Source: Gonapodya sp. JEL0774 (Eukaryota). Taken from it: a stretch of DNA of 20,000 nt. Below the pieces are notes generated by a model. The model saw nothing but the letters and a program-made list of their open reading frames with translations. It was not told the origin of the DNA and searched no databases. The stretch covers positions 118,257 through 138,256 of the forward strand of contig JADIIX010000057.1 in assembly GCA_027604505.1 (NCBI GenBank), read 5' to 3'. How positions within the stretch are numbered: position 1 is the first letter of the stretch; each line of letters starts with the position of its first letter. Both the position numbers and the translations under genes were made by a program. Positions 1 through 10,629 of this stretch are shown piece after piece.

Positions 1-1106
1 AGTGTGGACTGTGAGCGGAAAGGGGGTAATGCATCGAAGAAATCTCGGAATTAAGCTACGGTCATGTGCTTGGCATCCCGCGGGCAAGTCACTTGCCATT
101 GGCACCGATGATGGAAGCGTGAGATCCAACTGAGTCTCGGTTGGTGGATGATCTCTTATTTCGATCGCGGTTTTGCCTCAGTTCTTGGTGTTGACCGAGA
201 ATCTAGATGTTGCTGTTACACCCATAAAGAACCGACTCGCTACCATTCATGTTCTTTCATACTCCCCCGATGGGCGATTCCTCGCCGTTGGATGCCACGA
301 CAATTTCTTGGACGTGTATGCCGTGGAGGGCGAGAACGGCTGGTATCAGCGAGTTACCTGCTGCAGAGTGAGAATAAATTTATATGCACACGAGAATTCT
401 CTATGATATTATACTTTCATTTGCAGGGCCACTGGAGCTTCGTCAGTCAAGTGGATTGGTCACAAGACTCATCAAAACTCCGCTCAAATAGTGGAGATAA
501 CGAAGTTCTTTTTTGTGAGTTCTTGACGCCTTGGAGTGCCCTGAGCAGTCTGAAACAATGAGTACTTTGCAAGGGGTCGTCACACTTGGTGAAGTCATGG
601 ATACCGACGCGGCCCTATTCCGTGACGTCAAATGGGCAAAATCGACGTGCCCTATACAATGGGGCACGAAAGGAGTCTACGGAGGCAAGATTGGCTCGAC
701 AGGGGAACGTGATGTGCGACTAAATTACTGCGATGTGAGTTTAAGACGTCAGTGGGTACCCACAGATACTGAGTGGCCCGATTTCGATTGGAATCAGGTG
801 GTCTGTTGTGATCGAAGTGGTTCGGATCCAGAGAACCCCGAGTCAGGTTTACTGGCAGTGGGTGATGTCGATGGGCGTGCGCATCTGTTTCGTTTCCCAA
901 CTTGCCACGATGAGGTTGGTTCCTTTCAGGCGTTCGCTTAATCCTATACACCAGTGATATATCCATGCTCTAACCAGATGCCCTGCAAGACGTATGCCAG
1001 TCATGGGGGATTTGTTTCTAATGCGCGGTTCTCATGTGATGGGAAGATTCTAATCACAGTCGGAGGGTTAGATGGCTGTATAACTCAATGGCGTCTCTCC
1101 GACTAG
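1..1106 (+). CDS. 3' part of an echinoderm microtubule-associated protein-like (EML/EMAP) WD40 protein; 5' end lies outside the window
   Basis: Exons <2-118, 182-367, 427-514, 574-914 and 978-1106 join in frame across GT-AG introns. The product includes SYSPDGRFLAVGCHDNFLDVY, GHWSFVSQVDWSQDSSKLRSNSGDNEVLFW, RDVKWAKSTCPIQW, LLAVGDVDGRAHLFRFP and SHGGFVSNARFSCDGKILITVGGLDGCITQWR*, which match the C-terminal TAPE propeller motifs of EML proteins. Confidence 0.88.
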
Positions 1107-1135
1107 ATATGTACATATATATATCTATATCTATA
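1107..1135. repeat. Imperfect (TA)n microsatellite immediately after the EML stop codon
   Basis: atatgtacatatatatatctatatctata; TA-rich runs serve as 3'-end efficiency elements in yeasts. Confidence 0.6.
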
Positions 1136-1295
1136 ACTTGCTTAAATATGAAAGTGACATCACTGATTTTCTGCAGATAGCCCAGCAGGGTTCCACTACA
1201 TACCTGAAGAATTGATCCAACCCTTATTTCACCGATCATCATAAATAATTAATAAGTCTGTGTCCGTTCTTCCGCCACCGGATCGAGACCTCATC

Positions 1296-4200
1296 ATGAA
1301 CAGCAGTGAAGCCCGAGTAGTGGCGGACTTACAGCAACCACCTCCTCAATCATCTCCGACGATGGCTATGGATGTGCCCGTAACTCATTCTTCTCTGGGA
1401 ACTTCCGACGGCATTCCTGCTGAAACTCCCATCGGGGCTGCTGCAGAAGCAGCAGCAGTAAGCAATCCAGCTGTGAAGGAGGCGCCGAAAGACAAGGATG
1501 GTGCAACCTCAGACGATGCCAAATCCGGTGGTGGAACTGGAGAATCACAACAGCTCATATTAGGCCGCTACGCTCCCCAGAAAGTACTAGGACAAGGATC
1601 ATATGCAAAGGTTTGTGGTCGTATGTGGTGATTGTGGATAACGTTTGACCTCTTCCTTCCAAATCAAGGTAAAACTGGCTATTGATATTGAGACGAAGCA
1701 AAAGGTCAGTGGATCCTTGTTGAGCATTGATGCCCTTTCGTAATAATTAAAGGACTGGTGGCATGGTTGTATGCGGCTCACGACAGGTTGCCGTCAAGCT
1801 CTTCGATAAAACGCAAATAACAAAGCCATCGCAGGTCAAACGTCTGAAGCGAGAGGTTAGGTGCGTGATATGAAGCGGATGAAGCGTCTCGGGCTTGCTA
1901 TCGTTTTCCTTGTGACCCACATCCGTCTGGTACTCAAGACTACTTAAACTGCTCAATCATCCTCACATCATAAAACTCTACGAGGTTGGTGAGACAGAAG
2001 ACAGGGTCATTCTTATCATGGAATACGTTGCTGGGGGAGAACTCTTCGACTACATTGTTGCAGCGGAGAAAGTTCCCGAGAAGACAGCGAGAAAGTTGTT
2101 CCGGCAGATGGTTTCTGCCTTGGAATACTGTCATCGATCGCAGATTATCCATCGGGGTATGTGATTTATCCAGCGTCTATATTCGTTCCAATTATCAACT
2201 AAATTGGGTTTGATTACAGATTTGAAACCCGAGAATGTCCTTTTGGACAGCGAAGGAAACGTGAAGATCGCAGGTAATTCATACATGCGAAACTGAATAC
2301 AACTTCCAACCGCTCAATGGCCCCCTCCTTTCTCTGTAGATTTTGGCTTCGTTTCCCTCTTTGACAAATATAATCGACTGGAGACCCATTGCGGATCACC
2401 TTACTATAGTTCCCCAGAAGTGGTGCTGGGAAAGAAATATATTGGCCCCGAACTAGACATTTGGAGCTTAGGTGTGTTATGACTTTCTATCTGGCCATAT
2501 TGTCTGCCTGACGGGGTGCTTTTTGGTCAGGGGTTTGCTTGTATGCTTTACTGTCCAGTCGTGTCCCGTTTCATGGTAAGGAACTTAAAGAGACCCAGGA
2601 CAAAATCACCCGCGGGAAGTACGAGACACCAGCATACTTCTCTGCTACTGCAAAGGATCTTGTGCGCCGAATGCTGGAAGTGGACCCAACTCGCAGGATA
2701 TCGATAGCGGATGTTGCCAAGCACCCATGGGTTTGCGAAGGGCACTCCGGTCCTCCGGAGAGCCTTCTTCCAGAGAGACCAGCAGTTGCTGAAGTTGTTC
2801 CAGAGGTGATTGGGAAGATGGCAGCATTTGGTTTCAAAGATTCGATTGCGGCAGAAGCTAAAATCAAAGTATGCGAATGTCACGTGTGCGCTATATATTT
2901 ACAAGTTCTGATAACAGCTTACCCTTCTCAGAAAGCACCAAATAGCGCAGAATTTGCGCTGTACTATCTCATTCGAGTGAGTGTGCACTTGTCTATGGCC
3001 TGATGGACTTTCGGCGTTCCCGACTAAATTTTGACAATACAGGAGCAAATGATGCGATCGGGCAAACTTAAGCTAAAACAGGAGGACAAGCCGGCATCGG
3101 AAGTTGCCCAATCTGCTCGAATGCCTAACCAGGATTCCAGTACGCTCACTCGACGGCGTGCTAACTCTCAGCCTCCATCTCCACTGCGCACCGCGGAACT
3201 TGCGGCAGCGGGAGGGGCTCTTTTCGAAGTGCCCACGTCCGCAGACGATGACGATGTTATTGCGAAGGATGATGATGCAGAATCAGCAGAGAGCCGCAAA
3301 TCCAATCAAGGTCTCGGTTCGAATGGGCCTGGCTCCTCACTGACGATGCCACTTCCCAACCGCAGACGCGCGAGGAGCATGGGCGTTACCGAAAGCTCGA
3401 AGGAAACCCGTGTAACTACGGCAAGTGAAAAGGCTGGGTCAATGGGATCGTCGACTGTGCCGCGATCCATGGGTACCCAGCCGCTCCCCGCATCGCTACC
3501 GGGTGAGGATGCGGAGGCATCATCACAATCCTCGGAGGACATGACGAAGAAAACGAAACCTTGGTATAAAAGGATTTCGTGGTCAGCAAAGAAGAAGAAG
3601 GCTGTGGGAAGCGGCATTGTTGACGGTGGTGGCCTTCAGAAACAAGATTCTACAGCTGATTCGCGGTCTGCAACAACTGATTCTCGATCGGTTGCAAGTG
3701 ATTCTCGCTCTGCCGGCACTCTGCCTGACTCCGAGGATACCACTACCACACGAAATCCCGCCGCCAGTTCTTCTCGGGCCTTACCTATTCCAAGAGACGC
3801 ACAAGTGTCAATGCATCTATCTCTTCAGCGGCCATCGCGCCCATCTGGAAATGCACCTCGTCCAAAATCGCTATTGGAAGCCCAAATGCCTTCCACCGCG
3901 TTCAATCAGGCACCAGCACCAGCTGGGCTCGCGCAACCAACAGAACTTCTTAATGCATACAGTACAACCATCAGTACTTATGAATCTCGCGATGAAATGG
4001 CGAGTGGATATTGGACCCCCAGTGAAGCATCAAACGCTCAAGCGGCGGATCCGAAGACACTTACACAGCGCCTTTTGAGTGTTAGCACGATGCCTAGAAG
4101 AAGGAAGTCCAGTGGCGCTGGGAGCACGCATGCGAACGTATACAACAGCAGTGCCTTTGGACTTCCTGCAGGTGCGGAAGGAAGGGCGGGAAAAGAGGAG

Positions 4201-4789
4201 CAGGAGGAGTCATCTTCGACTCTACCTCCACTACCAATGTCTTCTACTCTTGGAAGGGCCCATTCAAGGCAGCGATCAACTTCTAACCCAGTTTCTTATG
4301 CTCGGGATACAGATATCCTCATGCCTATCCACAAGCAAGTGAGCATCTTGTTTCGTGTTTGTTGAAGGCTCGCCTAGAGTCGCTTTTGTTTGCGCAGACA
4401 CCCGGCACTGCCCTTGTTGTGGAGCCCAAGAAGTCCTCTCACCTGTCACAATCTTTGCGAAAAGCACTAAAATCCCTTGGTGTCGGATGGACTAATGGGG
4501 TCCCCATGCCGGGCCCGGAAGCCGAAAATTGCTATAGGCTCGTGTGTAGGCGGGACCCGGAAGGTGACGAAGGTGTTCTCGAATTTGAATCTGAGATGTA
4601 CCAGATCCAGGTAAAGATCGGAAATGGGTTGAATCCATCCCCCCGCAACCGCCAAACGTCCTAAAATCTTATTTCTCTGTCACTTCCCAGGAAACCGGCC
4701 AGGTCGGTCTCCTCCTTCGCAGAATAAACGGTGATTTTGTTGAATACCAAGATCTCTGTCGGGAGCTTGTGGTAATACTGAGCCAATAA
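1296..4789 (+). CDS. MARK/Par-1/Kin1-like (CAMKL) Ser/Thr kinase with UBA-like and C-terminal KA1 domains, about 939 aa, 11 exons
   Basis: Exons 1296-1610, 1669-1704, 1787-1860, 1939-2156, 2220-2273, 2340-2471, 2531-2868, 2932-2976, 3043-4338, 4398-4610 and 4691-4789 total 2820 nt in frame. Motifs: [45 protein letters not shown]-like KMAAFGF...FALYYL, and KA1-like end [25 protein letters not shown]. Confidence 0.9.
3658..3720 (+). repeat. Three degenerate 21-nt coding repeats ([21 protein letters not shown]) in the spacer of kinase 1
   Basis: gattcgcggtctgcaacaact / gattctcgatcggttgcaagt / gattctcgctctgccggcact. Confidence 0.75.
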
Positions 4790-4790
4790 A
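4785..4790 (+). terminator. Candidate polyadenylation signal AATAAA overlapping the kinase 1 stop codon
   Basis: caATAAa overlaps the TAA at 4787-4789 and is followed by AT-rich sequence. A similar AATAAA lies at 6038-6043, just after the APA stop. Confidence 0.35.
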
Positions 4791-4898
4791 TTAAATGCCT
4801 AGTAAAATAGTCTTGTAGAGATTATTATGTGAAATATAGAATTCACCGAAGCACTCTCTTCTGGCGTTTTGCTCGATCAACAATGTTTGCAGGAACAA

Positions 4899-6034
4899 AT
4901 GGCGAGTCTTTATGCCAGAGTTTCCTCCGTTTTCACGAGGGCTCTCACAGGTGGCGATCTAGTATTCACGGAGAGCACGATACGATACTTCGATGATTCT
5001 GGATTGAAGGTCAGTGTGACGAGTGAAACAGGTAGAGGCAGTATCACAAGCATCAATCCGCAACCTGAACTGGCCAATTTATAGTTCCAAATTCGCTTCG
5101 CGCCGGCTCTTGCCAAAAAGCCCACACTGCCGTCGATCGATCGGTCAGAAGACAAGCGGTCTCGCGTCGCCAACCCTTTCTTCCCGCCAGATCCAAATCT
5201 TCTGGTGACCGAGTTGGGGAGTCATAACTTGATTCTGAACAAGTTTTGTCTCGTTAAGCATCACTTACTATTATGCACAAAAAGTGAGACATTTTCATAT
5301 CCTTCAGAACAACATGTTCCGTATCAATTGTGGGTGTTAGGTTTCGAATCACAGCACTGCCTCCTTAAGTCTGAGGATCTCATCGTCCTCTGGGAGTGTC
5401 TAGATGCACTCGACGATAATGGAAAGAATAAGTTCATGGCGTTTTACAATGAGGGAGTCAACAGCGGGGCGAGGTACTCCGTCCATCAAGTTTCTTCTGC
5501 GAGTTGATTTTTAACACTGTTGAACTTTCCAGCCAAGCACACAAACACTGTCAGATGATTCCTGTGGACAAGAACGATCCTTCGTCCCTCCCCATTGAAG
5601 AACTGATCCAGCATCACGTTCAAACATCTGGCGGCGATCCAAACACCCCTTTTAACATTCCCAACCTTCCATTCCACCATGCCGCTGTATTACTACCTGA
5701 GGTTGAATCGAAAAGTCGGGCAAAAGCTCTTGAGCGAACGTATGAAAATCTTGTTGACGCAGCCTTTTTGCCTTTGGGTGTGTCCAGAACAGTATGGGCA
5801 AGAGCAGATCCGACCGCCTCCTCCATGTCACCAGATATTCCGTCCTCCAATTTCATAATGACACGACAATGGATGCTCTTAATCCCAAGAAGGATGGAGA
5901 GTGTCGAAGGCATTTCCATAAACTCAGTTGGCTATGCTGGCATGCTATTAACAAAGACGGAAGCAGATATAGAAAAACTCGTGAAATTAGGGCCGATGAA
6001 AGTTTTGACAGAGCTTGCTTATCCTGGAAAGTGA
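4899..6034 (+). CDS. Ap4A phosphorylase / ATP adenylyltransferase (APA1/APA2 family, HIT-GalT superfamily), about 314 aa
   Basis: Exons 4899-5009, 5085-5283, 5341-5473 and 5533-6034 total 945 nt. Motifs: FQIRFAPALAKKP, NPF, LNKF, FYNEGVNSGASQAHKHCQ (catalytic HxHxQ), WMLLIPRR and SINSVGYAGMLL. Confidence 0.9.
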
Positions 6035-6166
6035 ATGAATAAATTACATGGCAGTCCATTCAGGCATCGAGGGATCATTGGGCCTGGAAGCCTTCTTCGC
6101 ACAACTTTGGTCAATGACAACAAATGATCTTCACTCCATTCCCACACACTGTTCTTACATCGTCGA

Positions 6167-8835
6167 ATGACATCACAATCTATCACAGATGACCGGCTCT
6201 CTGTCATCGCATCTAGCGCCACGTCGTCGTCTTCCCGTGGATCTTTCGACTCCCAGACTAGACTCATTCTGGGACGATACAAATCAATTCGTGTACTGGG
6301 GGAGGGATCATTTGCGAAAGTGAAGCTCGCAGAGGATGTGTATAGTGGAGAGCAAGTGAGTTCTTGTCATGTTCTCACTATTGGAGTGTCCGATGGTCTC
6401 CTCTGTATCGTTCCCAGGTGGCGATAAAATGCTTTGAGAAAAGTAGACTTGGCAAGGCATCTGCCTTGGTGAGACTGAAGAGAGAGATCAGACTTCTCAA
6501 GCACTTACACCATCCAAATATTGTGAAACTCATCAGTGTAAGATAACCTGTTCTGGATCACTAGGTCTTGCCAATGCGGCTTTCTTACGTAGTCGTCTAT
6601 GCGGGGCAGGTTGGTGAAACTCATGATCACGTGTATCTCGTTATGGAGCATGTTGATGGAGGGGAGCTCTTCGACTTTATAGTCGGTGAGTTCTGGTCCC
6701 CTTCGATTGGGCAAGTACTCATGCACAATTGTTTTCGATGCCGCAGCTTCTGGGAGACTGAAAGAAACTCAGGCCCGAAGATTTTTTCGGCAGTGCGTTT
6801 CTGCTCTCGAGTACTGCCACATGAGCTGTCTCGTACACCGAGGTAAGGCAGCTTTGACCCAAAGCAGAGTTACTTGAAATCTGAAGAGTTAATGGACTCA
6901 AAGACCTCAAACCCGAAAACATGCTGGTGGATTCTCGAGGGCAAGTCAAAATCGTGGATTTTGGGTTTGTCAACACATTTCACCCAGACGAGCATCTGAA
7001 TACGTTCTGTGGCTCTCTTCTCTATGCTGCACCGGAGATGATAGGAAAAAGCGAATATCGCGGAAGCACAGTCGATGTTTGGAGTTTAGGTTCGAGATCC
7101 TGGTCTTCGCCTGCACTCTTACCCCCAGCCCAACAAATTCAATCCCCCAGGAATTGTGTTGTATGCTCTTCTTACAGGAAATTTGCCGTTCAATGAGCGG
7201 ACGCCACAGGACATGTACAGACTCATCACGACAGCTCGATATGAAGTCCCAGAGTTCCTTTCCGACGGTGAAAACTGCTGATGTTTCGCAATTACTGTGA
7301 TGTCCGTGACTTTCTTGACCGCCCCTTCAGATGCCAAACATCTTCTTTCAAGGATGCTCACCGTTGATCCAGCAAAGCGGGCCAACATCACCGAGATTCG
7401 GACGCATCCGTGGGTCACAGGTACTGAAGGACAACTCAGTACCGCAGTTCCACCACGACCTCCGTTAACAAATCTGGATGAAAACATCTTAATCCGAATG
7501 AAAGCACTCGGGTTTGATGGCGGGTCACCAGAGGTCCGAAAGCTTCTGATTACTGATCCACGATCACCGGAGTTCGCTGTGTACTATCTTTTGCTCGAAC
7601 ACGACCAATTTTTGCGAGATAAGAAGGACCGACGATCAATCCCTTCCAGTACGCTTATGACGACCGATACTCTGCCCAAAGGTGCCTCGGTTGCCGCAGA
7701 CGCTGTTGACGAAGAAGAGGAGAATGATGATGCCGAGGGTCTCCCTTGTCAATTTATCTCCTCGGCAAGACCTTCCACCGTGCACACGGTTCTATCTCTC
7801 GAAGACGTTAATGACGACAATGCACCACAAGAGGTCGAACGTCGGCCGTCCCGAATAATGTCAAGAAGAGTCTCCGGTCCAAGTGTCGGGTTGGGTGAAG
7901 TTCTTCATGGCACACCTGTCGTTCCGTCGCCTAGGATGTCGAACGCAGAACACACGCCCCTTTCGAAGCTGGACGACGCCGCCGCCAAACTGCGAGACGA
8001 AGTCGAGGTTCGCATAAGAGATGCCACTTTGGCAGTGAGCAAGAGCACAAACAGGTCGAGCACTCATCGGCGCAACGTCACCGCACCACCAGTGGCTGAA
8101 TTGATAGAACCAGTTTCGAGCGCGCGTAGAGCGCATCCAGTGACTTCAAGTCATGGTCGAAGGGCAACTTTAAGCTCCCTCGATGCCGCTAGCTTGCCGA
8201 AAACCACATCGAATTTTTCAGGACTTGCACTTACGACGACGTCACCGAAGCCAGCGAGCCCTAATTCTGCAGCCACCAAGGGTCCAACAGTTTCGGGTGG
8301 TCGTCGTCACTCTATTCAAGTTGTGGGTCGAGAATTACTTCCAAACTCCACCTCCGAAGTCACGAAAGCGCTCCTGGCTCCAACGAGCTCACCGAACCCT
8401 TCCGCAAGTCCATCGTCGCGGCGTCCCCTGCTCTCCGCTTCGCTCACCACAACATTACCACCACATCTTGTCCACGCCGAGCTTGTTCGGACCTTGCGTG
8501 CAACCGGTATTCGTGCCAAGAGTGAAGGGGCCCTCGATTCGGGACAATTCAAGTGCTCGTGGGAGAATGCCCCAGGGGACGTTGGACCCGGTGGGGAGCG
8601 CGGTGGTGAAGTGGAGTTTGAGGTAGTGACGAGAAACGTTGAGGGAACCAGTATGCGGGCAGTGTGAGTTGGGACCGTCTGACTTTCGTCTCTGACCGAT
8701 GAAGGCCAAATGCTGAACATTCCCGCTGTGTTCATTTGTCATTTGTTGCTGAGCAGATACTTCCGACGCATGAGTGGGCCACTCTGGGTCTTTCATGCTG
8801 CTTGCAGGCATATAATGGCGGTCCTGAAATTGTGA
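6167..8835 (+). CDS. Second MARK/Par-1/Kin1-like (CAMKL) kinase with UBA-like and KA1 domains, about 731 aa, 8 exons
   Basis: Exons 6167-6355, 6418-6537, 6610-6685, 6747-6842, 6904-7089, 7151-7267, 7331-8663 and 8757-8835 total 2196 nt. Motifs: LGEGSFAKV, VAIK, HRDLKPEN, DFG, TFCGSLLYAAPE, DVWSLG, UBA-like RMKALGF...FAVYYLL, and KA1-like end VEFEV...VYFRRMSGPLWVFHAACRHIMAVLKL*. Confidence 0.9.
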
Positions 8836-8929
8836 CACTGTTGGCCTTGTCTACACGTAGACGAAATTGTATGTGTGATCAAGAAATCCGTACCCGCTTA
8901 CAAAAATGTGTCGATTCGAAAGTGATAAG

Positions 8930-9552
8930 CTATTCACGTCGCAAGCTTGAATGCTGACTTGCATCCGTAGACTGATCGCCTCCGACGAAGTATCGGTAAA
9001 CGGGTGTTACAATATCGTACCAGGCTTCAGTTGTATTCACCGAAGAAGATGAAGGTGGGGATGTTAGCGGAGAGGTGGAAGCGGAAGTGAATATGTGGGG
9101 TTGGTGGGTTTCTTCGACAGGTATGACAGAGGATACGAAGGTGGTTTGTGTGGAGCTCCCTGTACTGCTATCCCGAACTTCTCTTTCGGCTTTCTCCGTT
9201 TTCTGCAGTTCGTGAATAGAAGGCATCCATATCTGGCGAGAGTGATGAGGGAGAGCAATATGACGTGAAACGAGTCACCAACTGTTCTCACATAATATCC
9301 GCTGACGATACCCAGGATAGCCGCCATTGCATACATGCCTGGGGTAGTTCTTCCGGAATTGCTTTCGTCGATATCTTGCCTTTTCGGTGTAGAAGGAGGA
9401 GAGGAGGGTGATTGAACTCGACTAACAGGCTCGGTGCGGAGATGAGGAGGGAGCGAGGCGGATGCAGTGCACGATGAGTGAAATTTGCATCGAGGTGGCA
9501 ATCGACTGAATATTCGACAGTGTGTGGTTGAAAAGCGGGGTTGGAATGGCAT
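8930..9552 (-). CDS. Hypothetical single-pass membrane protein, about 187 aa, with a PIGBOS1-like TM motif and possible mitochondrial targeting
   Basis: Exons 9552-9292 and 9232-8930 are joined by a 59-nt GTGAGA...CAG intron. The join links ORFs 9064..9552 and 8930..9226 into MYAMAAILGIVSGYY|IWMPSIHELQKTEKAERE. The N-terminus is Arg/Ser-rich and acid-poor. The start is uncertain; an alternative ATG lies at 9336. Confidence 0.55.
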
Positions 9553-9878
9553 ACTTCAAATAAGCAGGAATGACCCTGTCATGTTGCACAGCACATCTTA
9601 TGCCTGCACATATTATGTCAAGTAGAGAAGCATTGAAGTACAATTACGTTCGGGATATTTAATCAGACTCTGCCGCGATGAAATCTGCTGAATCACTCAC
9701 TGTGCAATTTTCGTATGTAAATTGGTTCTGGCTCATGTTATTACTGACAAACGTCATCTCACATTCCACGTCATCTGTTCTTCCACTCACTTTCTCACCC
9801 AACCACGTCACCAGCGCTTAGTTCCACGCCATCCGGTCAAGCTGTCTTCCATAGCTTTCCACCCTCTTTCACCTCGTC

Positions 9879-10460
9879 ATGCCGTTCACCCTTCTATGCC
9901 CAAACCTTGTTCTCGCCCTTTCAAATGTCCTCGGCTTCTTGCCACTTTTTCACCTATTTGGAAAAATCAGAGCAAAGGGGCTCTTTCGAGCTGGCAGTAC
10001 ATCACGTCACCTCCTTCCAAAATCTTTCAACTGCGATCAGGGCCATCCAAATACAAATTATTTCAAAGCGGCACTCCTCGCGTTCGTGATGCTGGCATCA
10101 ACTTTCTTGCACATTGCCGAGCGCAACGTCTTGGGGCACAATCTACCAGGAATGTGTTGCTCGAGATACCAAACACCTGCACTCCTTATTGATTGGGCTT
10201 TGTCAATTCTCATCACCGGGGCGACGCTTTCGTGTGGCGACTCAGCAACGACTTTGAAGCACATTATATCGTCTCGTCACTTCGGACTTCATACTATTTT
10301 ATTGACAGGCCTTGCTTTAACATGGCTGCTGGGAGACTTTGGTGGTGCAAAGGGATGGATGTACGTTGGAACTCACTCATTGTATCACGTTGGATACTAC
10401 ACATTACTCTACATGTTGGAAACGGGATCTTTGCTGGACAAGGAACGTTCACCGGCGTGA
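9879..10460 (+). CDS. Intronless multi-pass membrane protein, 193 aa, CREST superfamily (TMEM8/PGAP6/Myomaker/alkaline ceramidase-like)
   Basis: ATG-to-TGA ORF with several hydrophobic segments. CREST motifs occur in the expected order: LSNVLGFLP (TM1), ASTFLH (SxxxH), LLIDWALS (Asp) and THSLYH (HxxxH in the last TM). Confidence 0.7.
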   Translation: MPFTLLCPNLVLALSNVLGFLPLFHLFGKIRAKGLFRAGSTSRHLLPKSFNCDQGHPNTNYFKAALLAFVMLASTFLHIAERNVLGHNLPGMCCSRYQTPALLIDWALSILITGATLSCGDSATTLKHIISSRHFGLHTILLTGLALTWLLGDFGGAKGWMYVGTHSLYHVGYYTLLYMLETGSLLDKERSPA

Positions 10461-10629
10461 TCTCCGTGTGCTAGATCAAAGGTCCGCCTTTGCAGACAAG
10501 GCAATCTATTCGAGACGGCTAAGAAAAATCAATACACTGATAATTCACAAAAGTGGCTTCAAATACCGTGCAATAAAGGTTTCATACGTGATTGTAAGTA
10601 GAGTTCGAACACACAACCGCCTCACGAGA

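Noticed and set aside
10595..10620. GTTCGAA T-loop/B-box-like word between converging genes
   Set aside because: There is no T-stem, cloverleaf or A box around it, so no tRNA is supported.
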